Shown in pieces: positions 25,097 to 38,780 of a DNA stretch of 64,000 nucleotides. A program made the position numbers and the translations under genes. Source of the DNA: Octopus sinensis (Eukaryota); NCBI RefSeq assembly GCF_006345805.1, contig NC_043007.1, positions 12,896,001-12,960,000 on the forward strand. Direction: 5' to 3'. The notes beneath the pieces were generated by a model. That model did no database searches, had not been told where the DNA came from, and saw only the letters and a list, made by a program, of their open reading frames with translations. Numbering within the stretch: the stretch's first letter is position 1; every line of letters starts with the position of its first letter.

Positions 25097-25405
25097 CTAG
25101 AAAGATAAAAAAAGAGGTGCGGGTAAAGAAAATCGGCTAAAAACAGTAAAACACAGATAAACCAATTATAAATAACGACAAAAAACACAAGTACATACAT
25201 ATATGTATGTGTATTAATATATATATGTGTGTGTGTATAGATATATGTAGATATGTATATATGCTTGTATGTGTGTACTTATAAATATATATATGAGTGT
25301 ATGTATATATGTATATATGCATGTATCTATCTATATATGCACCCATGTGTATGTATATGTGTGTGTGTATATATCTACATGTATGTGTGTACATATACAT
25401 ATATT

Positions 25406-25471
<66 letters not shown>

Positions 25472-26200
25472 TATATATATAATATAATATATATATGTAT
25501 ATGTATATATATATATATTATATGTATATGTATGTAGATAGACATGAATCTAAAATATACTCAAGTCTAATTTTATCTCATCAGACAAAAATAAACGGTT
25601 AAAATATAAATAATAAGAAAATAATAATAAAGTGTTAGAAATAAATAAAAATAAAAACAAAAAAACAAAAAGACAAAAAAAAAAAAACAAGAAATGCAAA
25701 ATGATCTTAATCTTGTGAGAATATGGGAATAAGTTTCTGCCTGAGGTAGATGCTAAAACATTCAGAGATAACAGGAAATCTAAGACATATCAGATTGGGA
25801 AGGAAGAAAGAAGAAAAAAAGAAACAACAACCTCCTCCCTTCCTAAAGGAAACTGCCACAGCAGAATAAATGTGAGGACAATCCTGCATTCTGATTGGTT
25901 CAGAAAATTGCTATATTGATTAAGGTACAGATATTAAGCAACAGATAAGCAAGTGACTACTAAGTATCTTAGAGCAAGAAGAAATGATTTAGACGAGGAT
26001 TTGATGGCAGGAACAGCAAGGGAGTACAAAGGATGAACTCAAAAGTTATATCCAGTAACTTTTTTCAGAGATACCAAAGTCCATTAAATAGATTAGTACA
26101 ACATCAATTGCTATGTATTTCCTCCCGGTTCCTGTTGTTACCATTATCATACGCTGGTGGTATAATGATAAATGCCCTTAAGGTGGCGAGCTGGCAGATA

Positions 26201-26607
26201 CGTTAGTACGTCGGGCGAAAAGCTTATCGGTGTTTCGTCTGCCGCTACGTTCTGAGTTCAAATTCTGCCATGATCGACTTTGCCTTTCATCCTCAAATTT
26301 CTCCGAGGTCAACTTTCGGGGTCGATTAAATAAGTACCAGTTATGCACTGGGGTCGATATAATCGACTTAATTCATTTGTCTGTCCTTGTTTGTCCTCTC
26401 TGTGTTTAGCCCCTTGTGGGTAGTAAAGAAATAGGTTTTTTGTCTGCTGCTACGTTCTGAGTTCAAATTTCGCCGAGGTCAACTTTCGGGGTCGATTAAA
26501 TAAGTACCAGTTATGCACTGGGGTCGATATGATCAACTTAATTCATTCGTCTGTCCTTGTTTGTCCTCTCTGTGTTTAGCCCCTTGTGGGTAGTAAAGAA
26601 ATAGGTA
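26201..26607 (+). mobile_element. SINE family C: tRNA-like head plus two tandem units
   Basis: GGTGGCGAGCTGGCAG (A-box-like), GAGTTCAAATTC (B-box-like), core and tail repeated. Confidence 0.8.
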
Positions 26608-26719
26608 TAATGATAAATGCCCTGGGCAAACCACAGTAAATACAATTTTACAAGCTGTTTCTATGTTATGTATCAACCCAGCCTCTGTCTCTTTCTCATT
26701 TATATAACAACAACAACAA

Positions 26720-27260
26720 CGATTTCAAATTTTGGCACAAGGCCGGCAATTTGTGGGGAGGGGGCAAATTGATAACATCAACCCCAGTATTCAACTGGTA
26801 TTTATTTTATTGACCCTGAAAAGATGAAAGACAAAGTTGACCTCAGCAGAATTTGAACTCAAGGTAAAGACGGACGAAATGCTGTTAACAATTCTGCCAG
26901 TTTGTTGCCTTTTCACATTTGTTTCAAGGCCATCAATTTTAGGGAGAAGGGGTTAGCTGATCACATTGACCCCCAAAAGGATGGAAGGCAAAGCTGACCT
27001 TAGCAAAGCATGAACTCAGAACATAGACAGGTGAAACACTGTTCAGCATTTTGTCCATCATACTAATAATCCAGCCAGCTTGCTACCTTAATAATAATAA
27101 AAACACTTTCAAATTTTGGCACAAGGCCAGCAATTTCAAGGAAAAGTGTAAGTCGATTACATCGACCCTAGTGTGCGACTGGTACTTAATTTATCGACCC
27201 TGAAAGGATGACAGGCAAAGTCAACCTTGGCAGAATTTGAACTCAGAATGGAAAGAGCTG
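26720..27260 (-). mobile_element. Cluster of older family C-core SINEs with an alternative tail (GCTGGCCTTGTGCCAAAATTTGAAA)
   Basis: Two to three diverged copies; a similar copy lies at 50800-51008 (+). Confidence 0.6.
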
Positions 27261-27296
27261 AAAGAAGCTATTTTAAATATTAGCACAAAGCTAATA

Positions 27297-27730
27297 GGTG
27301 CAGGAGTGGCTATGTGGTAAGTAGCTTGCTTACCAACCACATGGTTCCGGGTTCAGTCCCACTGTGTGGCACCTTGGTCAAGTGCCTTCTACTATAGCTT
27401 TGGGCCGACCAAAGCCTTGTGAGTGGATTTAGTAGACGGAAACTGAAAGAAGTCCATTGTATATATGTATATATTATATATATATGTATGTGTGTGTGTG
27501 TGTGTGTTGTGTGAGTGAGAGTGTGTATATGTTTGTCCCCCCAATATCATTTGACAACCGATGCTGGTGTGTTTACGTCCCCGTAACTTAGTGGTTTGGT
27601 AAAAATGACTGATAGAATAAGTACTAAGCTTCCAAAGAATAAGTCCTGGGGTTGATTTGCTCGACTAAAGGCAGTGCTCCAGCACAGCCACAGTCAAATG
27701 ACTGAAACAAGTAAAAGAGTAAAGAGAGTA
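27297..27730 (+). mobile_element. SINE family A, full length
   Basis: Head to GAGTAAA tail. Confidence 0.88.
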
Positions 27731-28734
27731 AAGGTAGTAATTTTAGTTGGAGGGCAGAGCCGGTGCTCAACTGGCACTTGTTTTAGTGACCCCTAAAAGA
27801 CAAAAGGCAAAGTTGGCCATGGCGGAATTTGAACCCAGAACATAAAGCTTGGAGAAATGCTGCTAACAGTCCTGCTCACTTTACATACACCCCTCCCCCC
27901 ACATTCACATATGATATGCTTCTTTCAGTTTCTGTCTACAAAATCCACTCACAAGGCTTTAGTCAATACAAGGCTGTGGTAAAAGACACTTGCCCAAGGT
28001 GCCACGCAATAGTATTAAACATGAAACCCATGAACACCAGCAAGAGCACAACCTGTTTTCTTATCTTACACTTTCTAACAAAATCATAAGATACCACAAC
28101 ATTCAAAGACTTCCAGTCTGTGTATTCAATGACAGCGCTACCAAAACAAGAAGGAAAGTTTCCAAAAATTGGTTCAGTCTTATTCACAAGGGATTAATAA
28201 ATACAGATGGATTGGATTTTTCTTTCCCCAATGGAACAATCCAAACTGAAGTAATAAATGAGGTTTTCTCTTGCATTAACAACAACAACAACAACAACAA
28301 TAATAATACTAATGAGAAAAATAAACAAGTGCTTTGAAAAACGAAAGGAAATTTATATTCTGCTAACTTCCTCGTATATCTAATTCTATATTAATTATGG
28401 TATTCAACGAGTAATTTCTTCAGCTGCATTTTTGGAATTAGCAGAAAAATTCCACAGAGGGCTATCAAGAACTCTTGATTTTTAAAATTATTTTCACATG
28501 AAATGTTTTATATTTTCTTAAAAAAAAATTTCTTTTTTCTTTTTAAATTAATTTTTGCTGCTTTGAATTTTGTATGTATAACTGGTGGTAGCAGTTTTAA
28601 CACTTTTAAGACAAAAATTTACCTATGCTTTCAAACACACACACACATCCATAGGGATGCATATACATAAACACATGTAGGAACCCAGATATGCCATATA
28701 TATGTGTGTGTGTGCATGTATATATAAATATATT

Positions 28735-29005
28735 AGGGCAACGGACTTACGGTCGTAGGATCGCGGTTTCGATTCCCAGACTGGGCGTTGTGAGTGTTTA
28801 TTGAGCGAAAAACACCTAAAGCTCCAGCAGGGGGATGGGGTGGCGATCCCTGCTGTACACTTTCGCCACAATTTTCTCTCACTCTTTCTTCTGTTGGCCT
28901 GCTCGCTTAGCCAGCGGGGTGGCATCATTTGAAGGCTAAAACAATGTGAAGCGCATTGTGACCAGCGATGTGTAGCAGCATCTGATAGCCTGGTCGGTCA
29001 TGGTG
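28735..29005 (+). mobile_element. SINE family B (tail type b), 5' partly truncated
   Basis: Shares head/core with the 2622 copy, then a different 3' segment ending GGTCATGGTGATA. Confidence 0.7.
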
Positions 29006-29046
<41 letters not shown>

Positions 29047-29054
29047 TCCTCATT

Positions 29055-29312
29055 AAAGGCCTGTGAAATGCAGAAGGCTGACGACTGGGAGAGCAATGCT
29101 AATCATTGCCACGGATGGATGAAACAGGTGAAGGAGCGAGATGATACCTTTGAAAGAGCATGTATTCTTCATGAAGAATTTAAGCATGCTGCTTGAAAAC
29201 TCACTGCAAGAGTAACGAATTGGGAAAGCTTGGTCTGTAATTTTTGCAGTCATGTATGTTTGTCAAGAGCAGGGCTCATTAGTCACCAACAGAGCCGCAA
29301 ATGTAAAGTATA
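29055..29312 (+). pseudogene. RTE-clade LINE ORF2 C-terminus with CCHC/CCHH-like zinc finger
   Basis: KAC...DWESNA....W...VK....FE...*...LVCNFCSHVCLSRAGLISHQQSRKCKV*. Confidence 0.65.
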
Positions 29313-29952
29313 AGGTAGTCTTGAGCACACAATGTTCCTAAAGGTCCGTAATGGTTTTCCTTGGTCATGAGTGGACAGCCATCATATACTTATGTATACA
29401 TTCCAAAATGTAACTACATGTGAATTGTTGGCAATTTTTTCCCTTCATCTTCCTTTTCTCTTGGACTTTCCTCTATCCCCCGAAATTGCTGGCCTTGTGC
29501 CAAAATATGAAATCAGTATATTACTCATACATATATCCATTACAGATAGATATATAGACACACAAACACACACACACCACACACATGTATATATGTATAT
29601 GTGTATATATATGTCCTACCTGTGCCAGCATGGAAGGCAGACTTTAAATGATGATAATAATAATATATATATACACACACACACACACACACTCATATAT
29701 ACGCACACAAATGTATACATGTGCATGGACACAAAGCCATGCATACACATGTTTATACATACAATTATGCAAGTGTATTTATCCATGAAACAAAATTAAT
29801 AACCAGAAAATAAACTGTAATTTCATCAGCAATAAAATATATGACTTATGTCTATTCTGTTTACAGCTTATATTACATCTGTGTCATTATGTGTGTGCAT
29901 GCGTGTGTGTGTATGTATATACATACATACATACATACATACATATACACAC

Positions 29953-30007
<55 letters not shown>

Positions 30008-30390
30008 TAGGTGCAGGAGTGGCTGTGTGGTAAGTAGCTTGTTTACCAATCACATGGTTCTGGGTTTAGTCCCACTGCATGGCACCTTGAGCAAGTGTCT
30101 TCTACTATAGCCTCGGGCCAACCAAAGCCTTGTGAGTGGATTTGGTAGATGGAAACTGAAAGAAGCCTGTTGTATATATATATGTATATGTTTGTGTGAC
30201 TGTGTTTGTTCCCCCCAACCATTGCTTGACAACACACATTGGCGTGTTTACATCCCCATGACTTAGTGGTTTGGTAAAAGAGACTGATATAATAAATACT
30301 AGGCTTACAAAGAATAAGACCTGGGGTCGATTTATTCAACTAAAGGCGTTGCTCCAGCATGGCCACAGTCAAATGACTGAAAAGAATAGT
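30008..30390 (+). mobile_element. SINE family A
   Basis: Head to tail, moderately diverged. Confidence 0.85.
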
Positions 30391-31104
30391 CCCACCCATG
30401 CCAGCATGGAAGGCGGACATTAAACGATGATGGTATACATATATATATATATATACACACACACACACGGATATATATATATATATATGCACACACACAC
30501 ATACATATATGTATGCGTGGATCTCTCTCTCTTTCTCTGAGTCTCTCTCTGTATATATGTGTATATATATATAGGTATGTATGTTCTTGACATCATAAGA
30601 ACTTCAAAACTTCAAGAATGTGAAAATATTCTAAAGCTAATTGTGCATAAAGGTTAGGTTAAAGACCCCCAGGGATACAAAAAGTCAATGGCTGGGCTGC
30701 CTTGGATTTTCTTTTTCCCAGTATTTACACACTATTATTTGTAGCTTAATTTGCTTCAAGATTCACCATTCCTACTGTCTCTAAATATATATATATATGT
30801 CTATATACACACACATATATACTATAGCTCTAGGCCAACCAAAGCCCTGTGAGAGAATTTGATCCGCAAAGACTCGAAGAACCCATCAATCAATCGATTA
30901 ATTGAACGAGTGAGTGAATGAGCAAACAAACACACACACAATTGGTTTCTTTTAGTTTCTGCCAGCCAAATCCACTCAGAAGACATTGGCTGGCTCAGGG
31001 CTAGAGAAGACACTTGCCCAATGTGCCATGCAGTGGGACTGAACCCAGAACCATGTGGTTGGGAAGTAAACTTTCTACCATACGTCTACAGTTGCACCTA
31101 TGTT

Positions 31105-31220
31105 CTTGTGGAGCTTAGGTGTTTCGCTCGTAAACACACACATTGTCCGGTCTGAGATTTGAACCCGCGATCTCTTGACCGCAAGTCCGCTGCTCTAACC
31201 ACTATGCCATGTGCCTCCAC
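31105..31220 (-). mobile_element. SINE family B head
   Basis: Reverse complement GTGGAGGCACATGGCATAGTGGTTAGAGCAGCGGACTTGCGG...GGGTTCAAATCTCAG. Confidence 0.7.
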
Positions 31221-31624
31221 TAAATATTATGTTGATGAGGGTTGGTGACTGGAAGGATACCCAGTCATAGAAAAATCTGCCTCAAATATACTTGGTCTGA
31301 CCCATGCAAACATGAGTCCTAAGGATCTAAATAAAAATAAAATAAAAATTCTGAAAAGAAAACCCCAAAAAACAACAAGAATTGGCATCATGCCCCACTC
31401 ACAAGAAACTATTATTAATATTTTGGGGCAAAACTGACATATATTTATTTTCCTATAATTCTATCTCTTATAACAAAAAATAAACATTTGCAGGTAAGAT
31501 TAATTATGTTGATGGAAACTAAGTACACTAACTTCCAGCAAGTAGATATTCTATATCTCTATGTGGTTTAGATCTATGAAGTGTGTGTGTACTCGTGGAA
31601 ACAAGATACACAACCATACCTCAA

Positions 31625-31701
<77 letters not shown>

Positions 31702-31804
31702 ATATACATATTTATATACATATTTGTATATACACATATATATATATATTATATATATATATATATATATATTTGTATACATATATATATATATATATAT
31801 TTGT

Positions 31805-31839
<35 letters not shown>

Positions 31840-31854
31840 TATACATATCATCAC

Positions 31855-32110
31855 CATCATCATCATCATTTAACATCCGCTTTCCATGTTAGCATGGGTT
31901 GGAAGATTTGATTGAGGTCTGGCGAGCCAGATGGCTGCACCAGACTCCAACCAGATTTAGCAGTGTTTCTACAACTTGATGCCCTTCCTAACGCCAACCA
32001 ATCCAAGAGTGTAGTGGGTGCTTTTACGTGCCACTGGCACGAGGGTCAGTCAGGTGGTACTGGCAATGGCCACGCTCAAATGGTGCTTTTTACGTGCCAC
32101 CTGCACAGGA
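31855..32110 (-). mobile_element. RTE-LINE 3' end fragment (family D)
   Basis: (CAT)n tail, GCCCTTCCTAACGCCAAC core, GTGCCACTGGCAC subrepeats. Confidence 0.75.
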
Positions 32111-32558
32111 GCCAATTCATATACACAGACATATATATATACACACATATATATATATATGTGTGTGTGTGTTGTGTGTGTGTGTGTGTGTGTGTATATA
32201 TAATAAGTATGGCAATAGTAGATGACACTTGCCCAAGGTGCCACGCAGTAGGACTGAACCCGGAACCGTGTGGTTGGGAAGCAAGCATCTTACCACACAG
32301 CCATGCCTGCTCCTATGTACATATATATGTATAAGATATTGTACTGAGTAATATCATCAAGCGGACGATGACGACGATAATGATGAATGCATAATAAGAA
32401 GAACAATAACGACAATAATGAACAAAGGAATAAGAGAATAAACAAACGATCAGCAATAACAACAAAAACAATGGATGATGGATAAAAACAATAGCACAAC
32501 ACAACAACAACAGCAGCAGCAGCAGTAGTGAATAGAAGGAAAACGAATTTGAACTGAC

Positions 32559-32606
32559 CAGGAACTTCTTTATAGGTCTCAGCAACATATTTTCAAATGA
32601 TGCCAT
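32559..32606 (-). CDS. Candidate first coding exon of the DUF229 gene (MASFENMLLRPIKKFL; exon 32559-32639)
   Basis: Acceptor TTTATCTTTGCAG at 32641-32640 and donor CTG|GTCAGT at 32559/32558. Sixteen codons end in phase 0 and splice in frame to either acceptor of the large exon. No transcript evidence. Confidence 0.5.
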
Positions 32607-32789
32607 CTAGGAGAATGTAAACGGTCGTCTTTGGTACATCTGCAAAGATAAACACATTCTGTGAATAATGGAGGAACATTCAGCAGTTTTTCCAAGTTAA
32701 AGCTATTTCAGAAATAAAAGAATACCAGAAGCCATTAATTCCTCTTCAAAACAATTCCACTGAGGAATCAAATGAATATTTTATATATT

Positions 32790-33185
32790 ACTAGCAGTAT
32801 CGCCCGGCGTTGCTCAGGTTTGTTTTGACCCTTTAGAATTGGAATTTATGAAAAGTAAAAATCTTGCATTATGTAGCTTGTTAATCTCTTTAAGTGAACA
32901 TTTTTCTGGTTGAAAAGCAGCGAAAAATGGAGACACAGCAGTCAAAAAAAAGTAAAAAATAGGGATTTTCATAGAAAAAAAGCACCTTTTTGATGTAAAT
33001 AATTTTTGGTGTTAACATGGTCTGATTTGAATTTTTCCTTCTATGGGAGGAAGAGCAAGCCTTCTTCTATCATACTCTTAATTTTGGTCAACTTGCGCCG
33101 CAGGGTCTCGGAGGAGATAGTGTTAGTTGAAGGCTACCAGACCTGCCATACACAGACAACTTCAGCTTTATATATATATAGAGAT
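32790..33185 (+). mobile_element. Helitron-like element, second subfamily (same 5' end, different interior)
   Basis: ACTAGCAGTATCGCCCGGCGTTGCTC start and ACAGACAACTTCAGCTTTATATATATAGAGAT end. Confidence 0.6.
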
Positions 33186-34329
33186 TAGTGATTTGATTTG
33201 AATTGGAAATGATGAATTTACTAAATAAGAAAAATTTGCTGACTTAGCTTTCAATATGATTCTAAATCTTAGCTTTTAGATCATCTTTAAACTGTCCGAA
33301 AACTTAACTTTTCACTCTAAAACTTAGCTTTCAGCTTAATTCTAAAACCTGAGTTTTTTTTCCTGCTCTGCTCTACTCTAAAACCTTTGAGACAGTCCCT
33401 AAAACTTAGCTTTTAACCTTAGTCTAAAACAATTTGGGGTTATTTTATTTTAGCACTGGGCCAAGCAATGCCTTGTGAGAGAATTTGGTAGAAGGAAATT
33501 GTGTGGAAACTCATAGCACACACATACATACATACACACACGTGCTGTCTGTATTCTCTCTTATATCCACCTTGTATCTTGAGATGTTCCAGCATATCAT
33601 CACTAGCATCTCTATCTTTTTTCCAGCTACTTGCATCCACCCTTAGATAACACCCAGTGTACATTGTAAAGTGGTTTGTGTTAGGAAGGACATCCATTTA
33701 TAGAAAGCTGACATTGGAGTTTGATGTAGCCCTACGGCTTACTGGACGCTGTAAAATTATTTAATCCATGCCAGCATAGAAAACACAGTAAATAATGATG
33801 ATGATGATGATGACAATATATGGCACAGACGTGGAAGTGTGGTAAGAAGCTTGCTTCCTAACCACATGGTTCCGGGTTCAGTCCCACTACGTGACACCTT
33901 GGGCAAGTGTCTTCTACTATAGCCTCGGGCTGACCAAAGCTTTGTGAGTCGATTTGGTAGATGGAAACTGAAAGAAGCCTATCGTATATATATATAATAT
34001 ATGTATATGTATTTTTGTGTCTGTGTTTGTTACCCCATAACTTAGAGGTGATGTGTCTGTCCTTCAGCAAGACACTTTATTTCATGTTGCTGCAGTCTAC
34101 TTAGCTACCAAAAATAAGTTGTACCTATATTCCAAAGGGCCAGCCTTGTCACACTGAATCTCCCTGAGAACTGCATTAGGGGTACATGTCTGTGGAGTGC
34201 TCAGCCATTTGCATGTTAATTTCACGAGCAGGCTGTTTCATTGATTGTATCAGCTGGGACCCTCGTTGTCGTAACCGGCGGAGTGCTCTGTCATTTCAAT
34301 ATGTGACCGCATGTATATTGTTGGCGATT

Positions 34330-34455
34330 TTCTTTCTCCGTCTTCCCTTCCTTGAACCTTTCCTTTTCCTATGTTTCTGACGAAGAGCTCCGCTTGAAAC
34401 GTTAAATTCTCCTTCTTTCTTTCCTTTCCTGAGCGTCCAATAACACTATACTATA
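34330..34455 (+). mobile_element. Penelope-like element terminal fragment with hammerhead-like motif (34373-34407)
   Basis: Pyrimidine tract then CTGACGA-A-GAGC-TCC-GCTT-GAAACGTT. Confidence 0.55.
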
Positions 34456-34471
34456 TATACTATATATATAT

Positions 34472-35659
34472 ACTAGCAGTATCGCCCGGCATTGCTCAGG
34501 TTTGTAAGGGAAATAAATATATAAGCCTTTTTAGAGAGTTACTTCCCTTATATAATAGCAAAAAATGCATTAAAAATGGGAAAAAGTGATGGTAATTTTT
34601 TTTTTAAATCGTAGATGCGTGCTAATACCCAGAAGGGCTCGATATGAATCACGACTATAAGATACCCGCTTTTGGTTAAACTGCACCGCAAAATGTGGGA
34701 GTAGTTAGGAATCTAAATCGTAGGAGACAGACGGTCCACAACCTCACTTTTATATATAAAGATATATATATATACTAGCAGTATCGCCCGGCGTTGCTCG
34801 GGTTTGTAAGGGAAATAACTATATAAGCATTTTTAGAGAGTTACTTCCTTTATAGATGCCAATTCGGGCTTTCTTAGCCATTTCTGTTTTGGTGTCTTCA
34901 AGCCATGAAGTCGTTCTAAAAGAACGCTGGTCTCCTTGACAACGCTTTACGACGTTGATTTCCTTACACTCCCTTCCCCACAGCTTCACGAGGGAGGGAA
35001 GAAGGGGGAGAAGCAAACACAGGTGCAGGTATTTGAGCGTAGACGCCAACTCCGCCGCCATCGACACACGAAAAATTATGCATTAAAATGGAATAAAAAA
35101 TGATGTTAAATTATTTTTAAAATCGTAGACTCATCGATATAGATATCTATATATATAAAACTGTAGTTGTGTGAGTGTCTGTCTCCTACGATTTAGATTC
35201 CTAACTCCTCCCACATTTTGCGGTGCAGTTTAACCAAATTCGGGTATCTTATAGTCGTGATTAATATCGAGCCCGTCTGGTTATTAGCGCGCGTCTACGA
35301 TGAGTCTACGATTTTAAAAATAATTTAACATCATTTTTTTATTCCATTTTAATGCATAATTTTTTGTGTGTCGATGGCGGCGGAGTTGGCGTCCACGGTC
35401 ACACCTGCACCTGTTTGCTTCTCCCCTTCTTCCCTCCCTCGTGAAGCTGTGGGGAAGGGAGTGTAAAGAAATCAACGTCGTAATGCGTTGTCAAGGAGAC
35501 CAGCGTTCTTTTAGAACAACGACTTCATGGCTTGAAGACACCAAAACAGAAATGGCTAAGAAAGCCCGAATTGGCATCTATAAAGGAAGTAACTCTCTAA
35601 AAATGCTTATATAGTTATTTCCCTTACAAACCCGAGCAACGCCGGGCGATACTGCTAGT
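34472..35659. mobile_element. Cluster of three Helitron-like copies: 34472-34763 (+), 34774-35136 (+, partial), 35140-35659 (-)
   Basis: Diagnostic ACTAGCAGTATCGCCCGG ends; the last two form a ~362-bp inverted repeat. Confidence 0.75.
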
Positions 35660-36749
35660 ATATATATATATATATGTATATATATCTGTAAATGTAATAT
35701 GTGACAATTATTCGGTAGCCACGACAAAACTCCGAGTTTCGGATGCCGGGGTGGAAAACCACACCGCTATCTCTTCAGTTATCTGGCCATCGGAAAAATG
35801 CTATGAAAAATTTGTGTAAAATGTGTGTATATGTACATATACATATATATGTATAATATACACACATACATACGTGTGCACATACACATATAAACACACA
35901 TCTCATCCAAATTACAGAAGAAGAATTCTCCAGAGGACGAACATAACGGAGATAGAATTGCAAAGTGTCTATGTCTCATTCGTCTACAAGAGATTCCTCA
36001 ATAATGGTAACATATTATTTGGATAACATCAATAATAACGCAAGACCAATTCTTCCATTTCTATTTCTGATCAAAAGAGCATGACATCTATTGAGCGAGA
36101 TCAATAAAGAAGCGCATGAAGATGATTGATAGACATTTTATTATGAAACTGTGGAGCGGATTACAAAGCAAAGTTATCTTCTCTTCTCGTTCTCTGCGTT
36201 CGGCTGATTCCTATTTTAGGATGCTTTATAAACATACACATGAAGGTTTAAGAAAAATGAAATAAATTACAGTTGGAAATTTGAGACAAGAGGTGATGGA
36301 AGCACGAAATGGCTAACTGATTTGATAACTAAAATACTAGAGTTGTATCGTTATGACATAAGAGAAACTCATTATATATACGAATGACAGCTGACAAAAC
36401 TAATACATAAGTGATTGCTATCCATGCATCATCTATTTGATATGAATAGTAGAGAGAGCAAAAGCGATAAGATAGGATGGTGATTCAAGTTACATGCGAA
36501 GCATAAGTCTAAAATAAGTTTTTGATGTAGCAATAAACAAAAACGAAGAACAAAAAAAAAAAATGCTTAAAAAGTAGATATCAAAAATATCTTATCCTCA
36601 ACAAAAATCGCATCATAAAGTTCTTCACTGCATTATTATATTTTAAGTCAAAACGAAAAGGAAGCAAAATTGTAAATAACTCTAAGATAAGGATGAAATG
36701 AAACTGATAAAGATAAGCAAGAAATGAGAAAACAATCAAAAAGCAATCT

Positions 36750-36856
<107 letters not shown>

Positions 36857-37519
36857 ATATATGGGGTGGTGGTGTTATATATATGTTAAAAGAAGCCATC
36901 AACACAGCGGGAATTTCTATTTAATTTAAGACTAAAACTAACATGCTATCCTAAAGGTAGCGTATGGGCAGTGAGGTGGGCTTTTATATTTATTTAGTGC
37001 TTTTTTTTTTAATCTGTGTAGAACCATGAAAGTAAATTGTGAAATAAATCAAGTCAAAGGATTAAATAGCAGTGGAAGGGTTGGGAATCATCGAAATAGA
37101 GAATTCCTCGTTAATTGGTTACATATATAGTTGTTGTTGTTGTTTAAACCCAGTTCAGATATGACTGAACAGACTTCTGACAAAAGCCTTCCAGCTACAA
37201 CCAGGTATCTTTTTCTGTATCAGTTCCCAATATATATGTTTCTTTTTTAAAAAGGGATGTGCATGTATGTATATATATACATATATATATGGTAAAATTT
37301 CCACTTATTTCTTTTTTATTTTTCTAAAGTTTTCCTTGCATCTTCCAACCTTTTCAGTAGTGTAAGGCATCGAAAGAAAATGACTCTCCCCAGACAACAG
37401 AATATACTTCAACACACGAACTCACGTAAAGAATCTTGCAAACCAAATCCCAAAACGAAATATATATATGTTATATATATACACACACACAACATAGTAA
37501 CAGCATATAATATTTTATT

Positions 37520-37915
37520 GGAGTGGCTGTATGGTAAAAAGCTTGCCTCCCAAACACATGGTTCCGGGTTCAATCCCACTGTATGACAACTAGGGCAAGT
37601 GTGTTCTGCTATAGCCTCGGGCCGACCAAAGTCTTGTGGGTGGATTTGGTAGACAGAAACTGAAAGAAGCCCGTCGTATATATATATATATGTGTGTGTG
37701 TGTGTGCGTATTTGTGTGTCTGTGTTTGTCCTTACACCATCGCTTGACAATCGATGTTGGTGTGTTTACGTCCCCCGTAATCTAGCGGTTTGGCAAAACA
37801 GACCAATAGAATAGGTATTAGGTTTTACAAAGGGTAAGTCCTGAGGTTGATTTGTTCGACTTAAACGCGGTGCTCCAGCATGGCCACAGTCAAATGACCG
37901 AAGTAAGTAAAAGAA
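37520..37915 (+). mobile_element. SINE family A, diverged
   Basis: Head, body and tail recognisable. Confidence 0.8.
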
Positions 37916-37984
37916 CGCCATCATCATTTCACGTCTACTTCTCCACACTTGCATGGGTCAGACAGAATTTCTTGAACTCTCTTA

Positions 37985-38019
<35 letters not shown>

Positions 38020-38319
38020 CCTATCGATCTACCTGGTTATTTATTACATTCAATTTCTCTATATCCTATATATCTACACATACACATATGCACGCACACA
38101 CACATGTGGAGTCTCTTTCTCTCTCACCCTTTCCTTCAGTATTTATCTATTACATTAAATCTGTCTCAACTTTTCAATTTGAACCAAATCTATTTCTATA
38201 TTAATTAGGTGTGTCGCAGACTCTGAAATAATGGCACTCGGTACTTACGAGGTGAAGTGTCAGTTTCCTTGCATCAAGTTTTGTGTTTGGTACCAGGTCT
38301 GGTGTGTGTGCGTGTGTAA

Positions 38320-38358
<39 letters not shown>

Positions 38359-38561
38359 AATATACACACACACATATCTATATATATATACATATACACA
38401 CACACACATATATATATATACACACATATATATATATACACATATATATACACACATATATACACACATATATATATATACACACATATATATATACATA
38501 TATATATACATGTATATATACATATATACACACATATATATATACATACATATATATATAC

Positions 38562-38614
<53 letters not shown>

Positions 38615-38780
38615 CATACATATATATATACACATATATATATATATATACATATATATACATACATATATATACATATATATTTATTTATACATATATA
38701 TACATACATATATATGTACAAATATACATACACACACACATACATATATATGTATATGTGTGTGTGCATGTTTGAATACA
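38320..38780. repeat. Compound (TA)n/(CA)n microsatellite
   Basis: Low-complexity tract. Confidence 0.95.

Noticed and set aside
25885-25905. CCAAT box as DUF229 promoter
   Set aside because: Single motif, no identifiable downstream exon or donor, and it lies inside the predicted intron.
27990-28337. 115-aa ORF as an exon of a plus-strand gene
   Set aside because: It starts in a SINE fragment and ends in (AAC/AAT)n; no recognisable domain or partner exons.
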